Counted from the stretch's first letter, positions 1 through 9,503 are shown. The stretch: DNA of 64,000 nucleotides from an uncultured Planctomycetia bacterium (GCA_964421015.1 CAYQUS010000001.1:300726-364725); one strand, 5' to 3'. Numbers and translations: made by a program. The notes: generated from the letters alone by a model not told the origin.

Positions 1-578
1 GGCCTGAACCAGAACATCGACCCCGCCGGAAAATCCAAGAGTGGAACCCCGAATGCGTCCATATTCATTCTCGAACACAGCTTTTCAACAGCCTGTCTGT
101 TCTCCTGCCATGGATCTTTCTCCAGTTCTGTAAAAAGATGCGGGACTATCTCGGGATAAACAACGCCGAGTTTCTCGTCACCGTCGAACATCCCAAGGAT
201 GTTCCTCACGATCTCTTCCGAACCGGAAAGATTGTACATAAGATAGTTTCCCCAGCCTTTCAGCCAGGGTACATGCGGCGTCTTCTTTGTGTGCACTTTA
301 AGCACAAGGTCGTATAACAAGAGGCTCTGGCTGAAATCGCATATGAACGGCGCGATGTCATAACCCCTGTTCTCCACTTCGCGCACTGTTACCCTCGCAC
401 GCGGGAGAACGCTCTTGAACACATCTTCCGTTCTTCTGCTCATACCTCTGGGGGTCGACACGTAAACATCAAGAGGCGAAGGAATATTTGATAACATATC
501 GGCAAGACCCTGGACCATATCCTGGTAAAAACAATGTGCCACTACCGCTATTTTGTATTTGCCGGCAATATCCCTCAT
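1..578 (-). CDS. Partial CDS (N-terminal part; C-terminus lies off the left edge). Rhamnan-synthesis-F (RgpF)-like glycosyltransferase family protein.
   Basis: ATG at 578 on the minus strand overlaps the upstream stop as ATGA. Manual translation MRDIAGKYKIAVVAHCFYQDMVQGLADML...VYVSTP has no stops to the window edge. The KIAVVAHCFYQD motif resembles the Rhamnan_synth_F family. Confidence 0.5.
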   Translation of the reverse strand, partial: MRDIAGKYKIAVVAHCFYQDMVQGLADMLSNIPSPLDVYVSTPRGMSRRTEDVFKSVLPRARVTVREVENRGYDIAPFICDFSQSLLLYDLVLKVHTKKTPHVPWLKGWGNYLMYNLSGSEEIVRNILGMFDGDEKLGVVYPEIVPHLFTELEKDPWQENRQAVEKLCSRMNMDAFGVPLLDFPAGSMFWFR

Positions 579-1321
579 CGAAGTATACCGCCTTCCTTTA
601 AAAGGCGCCTTGCCCTTGCGAGGTCCTCGGGAATGCCGATATCAATAAAAAAACCTTTGGAAACAAATACTTTAAGCCTTCCATTACGAAGCTTTTCCGG
701 AAAAACATCTTTTTCCAGAGAGAATGCCCCCTCCCTGGGAAAATCCTCGAGGTAATTCCTGGGAAAAACATAGCACCCGCTGTTTATAACCCCCGGACCG
801 CGTGAAATTTTCTCCTCAAATCCGGAGAGAAAGGCGCCCGACACATCGAGCCTCCCGTACCTTGAGGTGTCGGGCACTTCACAGCCGACTATAACTGGAA
901 TATGATCCTCTTTCCAGAAAGACTCTATCTCATCTATCTCTGCGTCAAAATAAGTATCTCCGTTAAAAACGAACACATGGTCCGAAGTACATCTTAACAT
1001 CGCCCCCTTCACCGCGCCGCCGGTGCCCAAAGGCTCCTTTTCTATCTCGTAAACCAACTCCAACTCACCGAAAGAATCCCCTATACGATGGATTATATTG
1101 TCGGCCATATGACCGACAGACAATACGACGCGCTTGAATCCTTTGCGCTCCAGGAGAGAAAGAAGGATCTCAAGGAACGGACGTCCATCCACAACCGCCA
1201 TGACTTTAGGCACATCGCTTATCATACTCCTAAGTCTGAGCCCCAGGCCCCCGGCAAGCACCACCGCTTCACGATGAGCGCCTTGTTTCACCGTCCCGGG
1301 AGATACTACATCACTTTCCAT
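575..1321 (-). CDS. Sugar-1-phosphate nucleotidyltransferase. Probably D-glycero-alpha-D-manno-heptose-1-phosphate guanylyltransferase (HddC-like).
   Basis: 248 aa. N-terminal VVLAGGLGLRLRS is the NTP_transferase G-loop (GGxGxRL). It lies next to a GHMP heptose-kinase-like gene, and a GT9 heptosyltransferase is in the locus. Confidence 0.65.
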   Translation of the reverse strand: MESDVVSPGTVKQGAHREAVVLAGGLGLRLRSMISDVPKVMAVVDGRPFLEILLSLLERKGFKRVVLSVGHMADNIIHRIGDSFGELELVYEIEKEPLGTGGAVKGAMLRCTSDHVFVFNGDTYFDAEIDEIESFWKEDHIPVIVGCEVPDTSRYGRLDVSGAFLSGFEEKISRGPGVINSGCYVFPRNYLEDFPREGAFSLEKDVFPEKLRNGRLKVFVSKGFFIDIGIPEDLARARRLLKEGGILR

Positions 1322-2337
1322 GCCTGCGCTCCGCTTTTCGTAAAATGAAAATTGCTCACTACTCCGCCGAACCCTTCTATGGTCTTTGTGACTTCCGCTC
1401 GCTTTTCGGGAGGAACAAAAAGAGCCATAAAACCGCCTCCGCCGGCTCCTGTAAGTTTTCCGGCCAGAGCCCCCGAGCGAAGAGCTCCTTTGTATATCTC
1501 CTCTATGCGAGGGTTAGACACCGACCTCGCTGAACGCTTCTTGTTCTCCCACCCGCTCTTCATGCACTCGACCATACCCGCAAAATCGCCTTTCAGAAGA
1601 CACTCTTTCATCACCAGCGCTTCCTGTTTCATCGCGTCCATGGCTTTTATCGTATCGGACAGACCTGACCTGACATTACTGCTCTGGTCGGAAATAATGC
1701 TAGCCGACTCCCGTGAAATGCCCGTATAAAAAAGAAGCATAGAAGCCTCAAGTTCAGAGATAACCCAATCCTTGACCCTCAGCGGATTAACGATAGCCCT
1801 GCCGTTATTATAAAATTCCATAAAATTAACCCCGCCGAACGCCGCGGAATACTGGTCCTGCCTCCCTCCCTGCAAACCGCAGTCGATCCGCTCTATCTTG
1901 AACGCGAGGCTCGCTATGCCATAATCGTCCAGAGGCAGGTTAAGGAATTCGGTAAATGCGCGGACCATGGCCACTACCAGTGTGGATGAAGACCCCAGCC
2001 CCGATCCGGGAGGCGCGTCGCAGTAAGTAGAAAGTTCGATGTGGAGCAGATTTCCTCCGTTCCAGCTACGGACCATCTCATTATACACAGCCCTGTGAAG
2101 GTCCATCCGTCCGGTCAGAGGAAACTCACCCCGCGCAGCCGGATCAAGGTCTTCTGTATCCTGGCCGATAATGGTAAACCGCACCTTAGATTCGTCCAGT
2201 GTCCTTATGCCCGCATAGACATACCTCGCGATAGCCGCATTGAGCACATAACCTCCGTAAACATCACAATACGGAGAAACATCCGTACCTCCGCCGGCAA
2301 GACCGAAACGAAGAGGAGCCCTTGCCCTGACTATCAT
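1306..2337 (-). CDS. GHMP-family sugar kinase. Probably D-glycero-alpha-D-manno-heptose-7-phosphate kinase (HddA-like).
   Basis: 343 aa. RAPLRFGLAGGGTD at the N-terminus matches HddA-type kinases. The GHMP ATP-binding loop PPGSGLGSSS and a C-terminal GAGGGGF are present. Confidence 0.7.
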   Translation of the reverse strand: MIVRARAPLRFGLAGGGTDVSPYCDVYGGYVLNAAIARYVYAGIRTLDESKVRFTIIGQDTEDLDPAARGEFPLTGRMDLHRAVYNEMVRSWNGGNLLHIELSTYCDAPPGSGLGSSSTLVVAMVRAFTEFLNLPLDDYGIASLAFKIERIDCGLQGGRQDQYSAAFGGVNFMEFYNNGRAIVNPLRVKDWVISELEASMLLFYTGISRESASIISDQSSNVRSGLSDTIKAMDAMKQEALVMKECLLKGDFAGMVECMKSGWENKKRSARSVSNPRIEEIYKGALRSGALAGKLTGAGGGGFMALFVPPEKRAEVTKTIEGFGGVVSNFHFTKSGAQAWKVM

Positions 2338-3143
2338 GCTGGCCCCCTTTCCCGGATGGGACCGTCGTCAACGAACGGTGGCTGCTCGGAATTCATCTTT
2401 ATTATAGCGGCTCGGTCCTTTACGAACTGGTTAAGATGAGCCCTTTCCTCAGGCGCGGGCTGAGACGAATTCTGAGCGTTGTACCTCCCACCTGCTGATA
2501 TTTCGCTCAAAGTCCTTTTCCTGACAACAAACTCTATGCCGCATTCCGCGACAGGCGTTACCGTCTGATCATACCGCGGCAGGTCATATCGATAAGTCGA
2601 CGAAAGTTTAATCAGCTTCACAAGTTCAGCTTCCTCACCGAGGCCGGCAATAAGGTCAACGACATTCCTGGACTTCACGCTCCATGACCTTTTCTTGAAT
2701 ATAGTAAAAGTCCATTTATGCTCAGTGTTAAAGGTGCTTGGGAACACACCCTGCTCATACATATCCTCATCCGGAACGGTCACGATGAGATACCCTCCGG
2801 GGACAACGACCCTCAGCCAGTTCCTCAGCGCTTCAAGCGGATCATCCAGATGTTCAAGACAATGGCTGCTGTGGACAAAATCGAAAGAAGCGTCGGGCAC
2901 TCCCGCGAGGAGCTTCGCGTCACCGTCTTCTTTATCCCAAGTCCTCACTTCCGTCATAAGACGGAAAAGCCCCCTGTACATCCCGAGTGGATCCGGACGT
3001 CCACCGATATCAAGCCCTTTCCCGGAAAAATAATGATTTATGAAATCCGGGTCATGCAGACGCCTTGAGATAGATTTACTGCATTCTCTCACGAAACACC
3101 TCCGCCTCTTTTTTTGAAAGACCTGAACACGAAATGCGGCCAT
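2334..3143 (-). CDS. Class I SAM-dependent methyltransferase.
   Basis: Motif I GLDIGGRPDP. FDFVHSSHCLEHLDDP and VVPGGYLIVTVP are typical of the Methyltransf_11/12 fold. The longest ORF starts at 3212 but overlaps the upstream gene by 124 nt. Start trimmed to the internal ATG at 3143. The exact start is uncertain. Confidence 0.55.
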   Translation of the reverse strand: MAAFRVQVFQKKRRRCFVRECSKSISRRLHDPDFINHYFSGKGLDIGGRPDPLGMYRGLFRLMTEVRTWDKEDGDAKLLAGVPDASFDFVHSSHCLEHLDDPLEALRNWLRVVVPGGYLIVTVPDEDMYEQGVFPSTFNTEHKWTFTIFKKRSWSVKSRNVVDLIAGLGEEAELVKLIKLSSTYRYDLPRYDQTVTPVAECGIEFVVRKRTLSEISAGGRYNAQNSSQPAPEERAHLNQFVKDRAAIIKMNSEQPPFVDDGPIRERGPA

Positions 3144-3868
3144 ATCTGCTCCGAGTTCAGGCCGTCGCGCCTTATGACCTTGTCCTCTACCACCTCGGTC
3201 GCCCCTATGCAACTGGAAACATTCGCGTCATCGAACACTATATACCCGCCTTCAGACATAAAGGGTTTTACGTTCTCATACGAGAAATCCACAGCCGAAC
3301 GTATATCGCAGTCAATATGAGCTAGCGCGACTTTGCCTGCCTCTGCCATCACGCCGGGCGCGGTTTCGCTGAAATCTCCCTTTACTATGATGAGATTACT
3401 CAGCCCAAGCCTCTCTACGTCCTTTCGTATCAACTTGGGATCCGCCCCCGAAAAATCTCCCCGATTATGCGCGTCTACCGCTTTGTCGGTCGCAGGCATG
3501 CCAGCGAAACTGTCCAGCGCAAAAACTGTCATCCCCGGATAAAGCTTACGGGCTATGTACGCCATAAAGATAGCATTACCGCATAGATACGCGCCGTATT
3601 CAACGATATGGCCGAACTCGCAGCGCCCCAGGAAGAACTTCATAATGAGAAACAGGTTCATGCGGTTAGCCTCGCTCATTACACTGCGGCTGCCGGCCGC
3701 GGCAAGAGCCTCCCGGTAAAGAGGATCGTCCAGCACCTTCTCCCGAAGGCCTCCGAACTGCAGCCCCCACCCTCGCTGGTACCCCTCGTAAACGTTCCTT
3801 CCTTTCCTTATCCCGGCTTGAAACCCTTTAAGTTCAGGTAAATATGTGTTCATGTTTTCTCCGTTCAC
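3089..3868 (-). CDS. TylF/MycF-family (macrocin-O-methyltransferase-like) SAM-dependent sugar O-methyltransferase.
   Basis: 259 aa. GHIVEYGAYLCGNAIFMA...FALDSFAGMP...IVKGDFSETAP...AHIDCDIRSAVDF...GGYIVFDD follows the TylF family layout. Confidence 0.65.
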   Translation of the reverse strand: MNGENMNTYLPELKGFQAGIRKGRNVYEGYQRGWGLQFGGLREKVLDDPLYREALAAAGSRSVMSEANRMNLFLIMKFFLGRCEFGHIVEYGAYLCGNAIFMAYIARKLYPGMTVFALDSFAGMPATDKAVDAHNRGDFSGADPKLIRKDVERLGLSNLIIVKGDFSETAPGVMAEAGKVALAHIDCDIRSAVDFSYENVKPFMSEGGYIVFDDANVSSCIGATEVVEDKVIRRDGLNSEQIWPHFVFRSFKKRGGGVS

Positions 3869-6800
3869 TACCTTTTGACCGCATGTATGTAGTGCTGGGC
3901 AGGGCCCAGGTGTCCGTATACTTCAGACCAGTAGAACTTCATGGAAACATCACGGAACCCTCCATTTTCCAGCATTTTAATAAGATCCCATCCGAAATCG
4001 GTGAAGACCAGAGAACCTTTACCGGTAAGAGGGTCGCCGTGGTAGATAGGCTCCGCGATGTGCTCTACCGCCCCTGAAACCAGACGGGCCCTCGAAAAAC
4101 TTTTATCCCTGTCCAGGTAGAGCGGCACTGTCATTATGAGACTCGCCTGCTTTTTCATAACCCTGCAAAGCTCCCTTACCGCGCTTAACGGATCAGGGAC
4201 ATGTTCAAGAACCTCATTGGTGACCACAATATCAAAAATCCCGTCCGTAAAACTCAGCCTGCAGATATCCTCGTGGCGTATACCTCCCACGACACTCCCG
4301 GGTGAGTATTTTCCTCCAAGATATTCGCTTCCTTCAAGTTGAAAATTAGGTAAAGCCTTTTCTGCCCACAGATAAAAAGAAGTCATCTTTTCCGTAAGAT
4401 ATGCTCTGCTTACCTTGTCACTCCTCCTAACCGCGATCTCCTGCAGGACCGACGCTATTGCCCTCTGCCTGTTATTCAGACCGCAGACCGGACAGACAAG
4501 CCTTTCCCTCCAGTTAGGTACCCATGTCCCGCCCGAAATAAAAGAACCGCACTCTTTATCTACCTTGAACCCCACATCCCGGCCGCATACTCTGCAATAC
4601 CCATTAAGCAGGAACCGATCGCTCCTTACATGCCGCATCATGACTTTCTTTTCCCTATTCCTTGAGATCATCTGTCCGTGAGAAACTGACCACTTATCAT
4701 ATTCTTCCTTAGTCTTTATTTCTTTCCAGTCCATCATGGCATCTTTACGCCTATCCGGCTCATACTTTGCGGTCTTTCGGAAATATGCAGCCATAGAGGG
4801 TATTCCTTTTTTCGCTTCGGGACTGTAAGACACCCCAGCGACATTGATAATATGCTTCATGGTATCCATTCCGGCTTCGAGGGAATAGTTCTTTTTTACG
4901 AACGCCAACCCACCCGTTGAAGAGGACTCCCAAAGCGCTTTATCCTCATAAAGTTCCGCTACGCGGGAAGCGAAAACATCCGGATCGTCGCCGACAAGAA
5001 CCCCGTCACCCGGAGAGAGCGACATCCCTTCGGCGCCTATGCTCGTGGAGACACAAGGTACCCCGTAGCTCAAGCTGGTCCCTATCTTTCCTTTTATACC
5101 AGCGCCGTAACGCAAAGGAACTACCGTGATACGGGCCCGGTCCATTTCCGAAGCCAGGTCCTCAACATAACCCGCGATATCTACCCCATGGCCCGCAAGA
5201 TCCCGCACATCATCAGGAATATGACTGCCGACTACGCGGAAAAACGTTCCAGGAAGTTTTTTCCTTACCAAAGGAAATATCTCTTTTACGAAATAAACAG
5301 CGGCATCCTTGTTCGGAAGATGCTGGAAACCGGCAACGAACAATATCCCGTCGCGACCGTCAAAGCTGCGCGTTCTTCCGGGAATATCTATTGCCCAGGG
5401 GAAAAGGCATATGCGGCTATCTTCCTGCTTCGAGTTCAGCTCTTCCTCGAGCATCGTCTTCTCAACGGTACTATGGACTATAACTGCATCCGATAAACGC
5501 ACGATAGCAAGCTCTTTTTCTTTCGTCTTTTTGGCTTTCCGCCGAAGGCTGTCAGACGATACAAGCTCAGCCTCTCTGCCTTCCCTAAGGTGATGAAGAT
5601 CTGAAGTATGCAAAATGTATTTAGCATCCGGACAGTGCCTTTTTATAGTCCGAATATTACGCTCGGCAGCCGTCATCCTGAAAGTTATTACAATATCATA
5701 CGTCTTACCGTATTTTGCCAGATGTTCTTCGAGCGAGGTGACGAACGGCGAATACAGGCACTCTATCCCCATCCGCTGCATATCACGGGTATACGGGGCC
5801 AGAAAAAGGAAATTATCTTCAGGCGCGAATGTAACCTTATACCCCATGCCGAGCAATATGCGCATGATATTAAGGGCCGTTATCGATCCGGCATCCTGGT
5901 CGGGTCTCGGCGTGCAGTGATCGATAACAAGCACCCGGCCACAAGAATACCTGTCTTTTTCAATAAAAGACCCGATCCCCGGAAGAGCGTGTTCGCGTAT
6001 ACGCTCTTTCCATTTTTCGTAAAGCCTGGCGGTATTTTCTTTCTGATAAGATTTAACCCCGCCGGACGTGTCTTTCCCGCATGTAACGCCTTCAAAATGA
6101 ACGACCCGCGAAAGAGGCTGGTAGATGACCCTTCGCCCCGCCTCCCTGACCCTGAAAGCAAGATCCGAATCCTCCCCATAGGCCGGAGAAAAACTTTCGT
6201 CAAAACCGCCAAGGCTGTCAAAAAGTTCCTTCTCTATCATGATCGACGCGCCGGAACAGTAATCCACATCCCTCATGTAGTTATACTCGGGACTTTCCGG
6301 GTCCTGCATCCTGCCGTAATTGCACCCCGAACCGTCCTGCCAAATGATCCCACCGGCCTCCTGCAGACGTCCGTCAGGATAGACCAGCTTTGATCCGACG
6401 AGTCCCGCGGAAGGGACACAGTTAAACGTCTCGACAAGCTCGTCAAGCCATCCGGGCCGGACTATCGTATCATTGTTGAGCATAACAAGAAGACGCCCCT
6501 TCGCGGCGCGAGCACCGGCGTTGCAGGATCTGACAAAACCCTCATTGCGGTCATTGCGGATCACCCTTATCCCTCCTATAGAGTTCAGCATTTCACGGGT
6601 AATATCCGAAGACGCATCGTCGACAACTATGACCTCAAAACTATAACCGGTCATGTGCGACATTAGGGACCTCAGGCACTGGTATGTATACTCGGCTTTA
6701 CCGAAAACCGGGATAATTACAGAAACTAAGGGTTTTTCCGGAAGAATAAGATCGAAAGGCTCTCCCGGTATGCCGGGAGAGCTGAATTTTTCAGGCAGGA

Positions 6801-7896
6801 ATGATCCGTAAAAAAAATAGGCCCCTGCCTGGCCATACTGTCCGGCCTCAGCGAAAAGACCGGGGAAAAGACCGTGAAGCTTCCTCTTTATCGCATGTCT
6901 GATCGGAGGAGAGAACGGAATAGCTTTATAAACAGCCTTCCCCAATAGCCGCAAGGATCCACCTGTTATCCGCGGAACAGAACGACACGTCTCCCCACAG
7001 TTACATAAAAACCGAGCCAGACGCCATGACCTGGAATTTAAAAGACTATTAAATTCCTCTCTAACTCCAAAAATCTCTTCTTTTGCCATTTCTAATTGAC
7101 CGGTTGTCTCGGATAAAAGATCAGATATCCTTTTGTTTTCCGATTTAAGCGCTTCCGACGCGGAACGCTCGTCGGACAATACTTTTTCCATAATACCGAA
7201 TGACGCTGCGTTACCCAGAACCTTGTAAGAATCTCTTATTTTCCCGGCGGTCGCGGCATCTAAAGAGAAAAGGTCCGGCAGATCCCTGGCAGCGTTTCTA
7301 CCCACGGCCAGAACACCCAAACCGCTTGAGTGATAAAATTCAAAACTCGGATATTCCGTTTTAAGCTTTGACCAGTATTCCCTGACACCAAAACCTGCCT
7401 TGTCCTCCGCTGTATCATGAAATAGCACTATACCTCGGGCGCTAAGTTTAGGCTTCCAGGTCTCAAAGTCATGACTGACAGCCTCAATGGTGTGCAGTCC
7501 GTCAATATGAAGAAGATCTATGGATCCGTCCTGGAATTCCGTTGCGGCGGCATCGAACGTCGTCCTCATAAGCCTGGAAAAGCTGCCGTAAGGAACATCA
7601 TGGCGGCGCATCAGGTCCTCAAATACCTCCTCCCCGTAATGACCGGAATGCTCATCCCCCTTCCATGTATCGACCGCGTAACATTTTGCCTCAAGGCCGT
7701 TCCTCTTTACTGCTTCGCAAAATGCCAGGTACGAGTCTCCCGCATAAGTACCCAGCTCAACAAAACACCGGGGATTGAATATCTTTATAAGGGAAAAAGC
7801 GAACGGGATATGCCCCTGCCATGACATTATCCTGCCGGGATCAACCTTCAAGTATTTCGTAAGATCCGAAAATGATATATCGAGAAACCTGTTCAT
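3868..7896 (-). CDS. 1342-aa multidomain glycan synthase. Order: N-terminal class I SAM methyltransferase, coiled coil, GT2 glycosyltransferase, GT4 (GT-B) glycosyltransferase, Cys4 zinc ribbon, C-terminal class I SAM methyltransferase.
   Basis: Single 4029-nt ORF. N-terminus: FVELGTYAGDSYLAF...LLHIDGLHTIEAV...VLFHDT (CmcI/TylF-like methyltransferase). Middle: VSVIIPVFGKAEYTYQCLRSL...EVIVVDDASSD...DSDLAFRVREAGRRV (GT2). Then VLVIDHCTPRPDQDAGS plus EGMSLSPGDGVLVGDD...GIKGKIGTSLSYGVPCVST (GT4). Then CRVCGRD...CPVCGLNN. C-terminus: FDIVVTNEVLEHVPDP...ASLIMTVP (Methyltransf_11-like). Confidence 0.75.
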   Translation of the reverse strand: MNRFLDISFSDLTKYLKVDPGRIMSWQGHIPFAFSLIKIFNPRCFVELGTYAGDSYLAFCEAVKRNGLEAKCYAVDTWKGDEHSGHYGEEVFEDLMRRHDVPYGSFSRLMRTTFDAAATEFQDGSIDLLHIDGLHTIEAVSHDFETWKPKLSARGIVLFHDTAEDKAGFGVREYWSKLKTEYPSFEFYHSSGLGVLAVGRNAARDLPDLFSLDAATAGKIRDSYKVLGNAASFGIMEKVLSDERSASEALKSENKRISDLLSETTGQLEMAKEEIFGVREEFNSLLNSRSWRLARFLCNCGETCRSVPRITGGSLRLLGKAVYKAIPFSPPIRHAIKRKLHGLFPGLFAEAGQYGQAGAYFFYGSFLPEKFSSPGIPGEPFDLILPEKPLVSVIIPVFGKAEYTYQCLRSLMSHMTGYSFEVIVVDDASSDITREMLNSIGGIRVIRNDRNEGFVRSCNAGARAAKGRLLVMLNNDTIVRPGWLDELVETFNCVPSAGLVGSKLVYPDGRLQEAGGIIWQDGSGCNYGRMQDPESPEYNYMRDVDYCSGASIMIEKELFDSLGGFDESFSPAYGEDSDLAFRVREAGRRVIYQPLSRVVHFEGVTCGKDTSGGVKSYQKENTARLYEKWKERIREHALPGIGSFIEKDRYSCGRVLVIDHCTPRPDQDAGSITALNIMRILLGMGYKVTFAPEDNFLFLAPYTRDMQRMGIECLYSPFVTSLEEHLAKYGKTYDIVITFRMTAAERNIRTIKRHCPDAKYILHTSDLHHLREGREAELVSSDSLRRKAKKTKEKELAIVRLSDAVIVHSTVEKTMLEEELNSKQEDSRICLFPWAIDIPGRTRSFDGRDGILFVAGFQHLPNKDAAVYFVKEIFPLVRKKLPGTFFRVVGSHIPDDVRDLAGHGVDIAGYVEDLASEMDRARITVVPLRYGAGIKGKIGTSLSYGVPCVSTSIGAEGMSLSPGDGVLVGDDPDVFASRVAELYEDKALWESSSTGGLAFVKKNYSLEAGMDTMKHIINVAGVSYSPEAKKGIPSMAAYFRKTAKYEPDRRKDAMMDWKEIKTKEEYDKWSVSHGQMISRNREKKVMMRHVRSDRFLLNGYCRVCGRDVGFKVDKECGSFISGGTWVPNWRERLVCPVCGLNNRQRAIASVLQEIAVRRSDKVSRAYLTEKMTSFYLWAEKALPNFQLEGSEYLGGKYSPGSVVGGIRHEDICRLSFTDGIFDIVVTNEVLEHVPDPLSAVRELCRVMKKQASLIMTVPLYLDRDKSFSRARLVSGAVEHIAEPIYHGDPLTGKGSLVFTDFGWDLIKMLENGGFRDVSMKFYWSEVYGHLGPAQHYIHAVKR

Positions 7897-7899
7897 CCC

Positions 7900-8514
7900 C
7901 TATTTGATCCCTCTCGTCAAAACAGCATTCTGCACTTTCAGCTTTACCGTATCCATAAAGTTACCTACTATTCCCCTGTCTGGCTTTCTCGCTACAAGCA
8001 CTGAATCATGCCACCAATCGCTCCCGTCAGAATAACCTTTATCATCCCAGAAAGTCACGGCCTCTATGACCTCGAGCCCCGCGAAATCCGCCATAGCCCT
8101 CATTCCATCCGGGTAGAACCTCCAGCAATCTACCGGGTAACGATGTTCCGGACCGCTTGAAGGCGCTATGATACAAACAAACCCCCCTGGCCTCAAAACC
8201 CTGGCGATTTCGGCCATGGTTATCCAAAAATAACGTATATGCTCGAAAGCCTGTCCCGAAACTACCACATCAACCGAGCTCGACGCTATGCTCCGCCAGG
8301 AATAAGGGTCAGAAAGCACTACATCCACATTCTTCCCGGAAGCCATATCGACCCCTGTATAGTTCCACTTCTCCCGTGCCAAAATATCACGATAGCTGCC
8401 GTTAACATCCTGACTGCCAAGATCAAATATGCTAAGACGTCGTCCTGCCATAGGCGCCAGGTAACGATCTCTGAACAATATCATTTTCTCGATTGAACTT
8501 CTATGCATGATCAC
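7900..8514 (-). CDS. Class I SAM-dependent methyltransferase.
   Basis: 204 aa. IFDLGSQDVNGSY...VDVVVSGQAFEHIRYF...LRPGGFVCIIAPS. The stop overlaps the upstream start as ATGA. Confidence 0.6.
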   Translation of the reverse strand: MIMHRSSIEKMILFRDRYLAPMAGRRLSIFDLGSQDVNGSYRDILAREKWNYTGVDMASGKNVDVVLSDPYSWRSIASSSVDVVVSGQAFEHIRYFWITMAEIARVLRPGGFVCIIAPSSGPEHRYPVDCWRFYPDGMRAMADFAGLEVIEAVTFWDDKGYSDGSDWWHDSVLVARKPDRGIVGNFMDTVKLKVQNAVLTRGIK

Positions 8515-9497
8515 CCCTTACCCCGGACCTGACATCCGGATATATCCCTCCGGACGAAAGCGTCCATCCCCGGCACATCATAAGTGAAATACGAGGGAAG
8601 TCCGTTCGCCATACAAAGCTTGCACACCGCGCTCGACTTTCTCTTCCGCTGGATCTCATCGAGAGCATCATCAAGATAATTCCCTATGACGAACTTACTT
8701 TCATCATAAACAGCGCAGCACAAGAGCGCATCTCCTCTGCAATTTAAAGTTATCTGTTCATCAAGGAGCCTGCACCGCGATATGGCTTTTCCTCTCATCT
8801 CGGCAACCGCTTTTTTCGGAGGCATGATAAGGTCTCCCACCAGACGCTCATCCTCTTCGGTAATTTCAGACAACGGCAATATACCGCAGATGGCCATAAC
8901 CTTTTCCAACGGCAGGAATAGCGCGTCCACAGTCTGTAAAAGCACCTCATTCTCGCGACAATATTCCGCTATTACAGCCTCATCGGCAACATTAGAACGA
9001 TAGCGGTGAAACGCCACCGATATCCTGGTCGAAGGACATATGCCAGTTTTTTCCTTCAAAAGAAAATCCAGATTATCCCTCAAAAGCCCCAGATCTCCGC
9101 CCCTGTGAGTCCTTTCGTATGTTTCTTTCCTGAACCCTGACAACGAGACGCGTAAAATATCGGGACCCGCTGCGATAAGTTTTTTCAGAACATTCTTAGG
9201 AACGTTCAGATTAGTGCTTATGGAACATTTTATCCCGCAGGATCTCACTACCCTTACCATATCATCTATCTCGGGATGAAGAAGCGGTTCCGACCAGTTA
9301 AAAAGCCCTACCCCGGTAATTTTACATTCCTTTGCGGCTTTGGCAAGTATCCGATGAAGAGTATCCGGAGACATCATCCCTTTAGCGTTATCGCCACGCT
9401 GGCTGTTCCCTGACGGACATGAGGGGCACCGTAGATTACATCCTGAAACGACATCGACATAAAAGTGCATTTTGGGTTTTTCAGCAACCATTACCAC
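8511..9497 (-). CDS. Radical SAM domain protein with a Cys-rich C-terminal SPASM/twitch-like region.
   Basis: 328 aa. FYVDVVSGCNLRCPSCP is the canonical CxxxCxxC [4Fe-4S] motif. The C-terminus has CRLLDEQITLNCRGDALLCC and CKLCMANG cysteine clusters. Confidence 0.7.
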   Translation of the reverse strand: MVMVAEKPKMHFYVDVVSGCNLRCPSCPSGNSQRGDNAKGMMSPDTLHRILAKAAKECKITGVGLFNWSEPLLHPEIDDMVRVVRSCGIKCSISTNLNVPKNVLKKLIAAGPDILRVSLSGFRKETYERTHRGGDLGLLRDNLDFLLKEKTGICPSTRISVAFHRYRSNVADEAVIAEYCRENEVLLQTVDALFLPLEKVMAICGILPLSEITEEDERLVGDLIMPPKKAVAEMRGKAISRCRLLDEQITLNCRGDALLCCAVYDESKFVIGNYLDDALDEIQRKRKSSAVCKLCMANGLPSYFTYDVPGMDAFVRRDISGCQVRGKG

Positions 9498-9503
9498 CCC
9501 GCG

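Noticed and set aside
5608-6393. Plus-strand ORFs of 60-290 aa throughout the window, for example 5608-6393, 18247-19059, 29945-30715 and 61297-62160.
   Set aside because: All lie entirely inside, and antisense to, long minus-strand genes that have clear family motifs. Their products are low-complexity and Arg/Ser/Pro-rich, as is typical of shadow ORFs. Only 23849-25276 (+) has its own space and a membrane-protein character.
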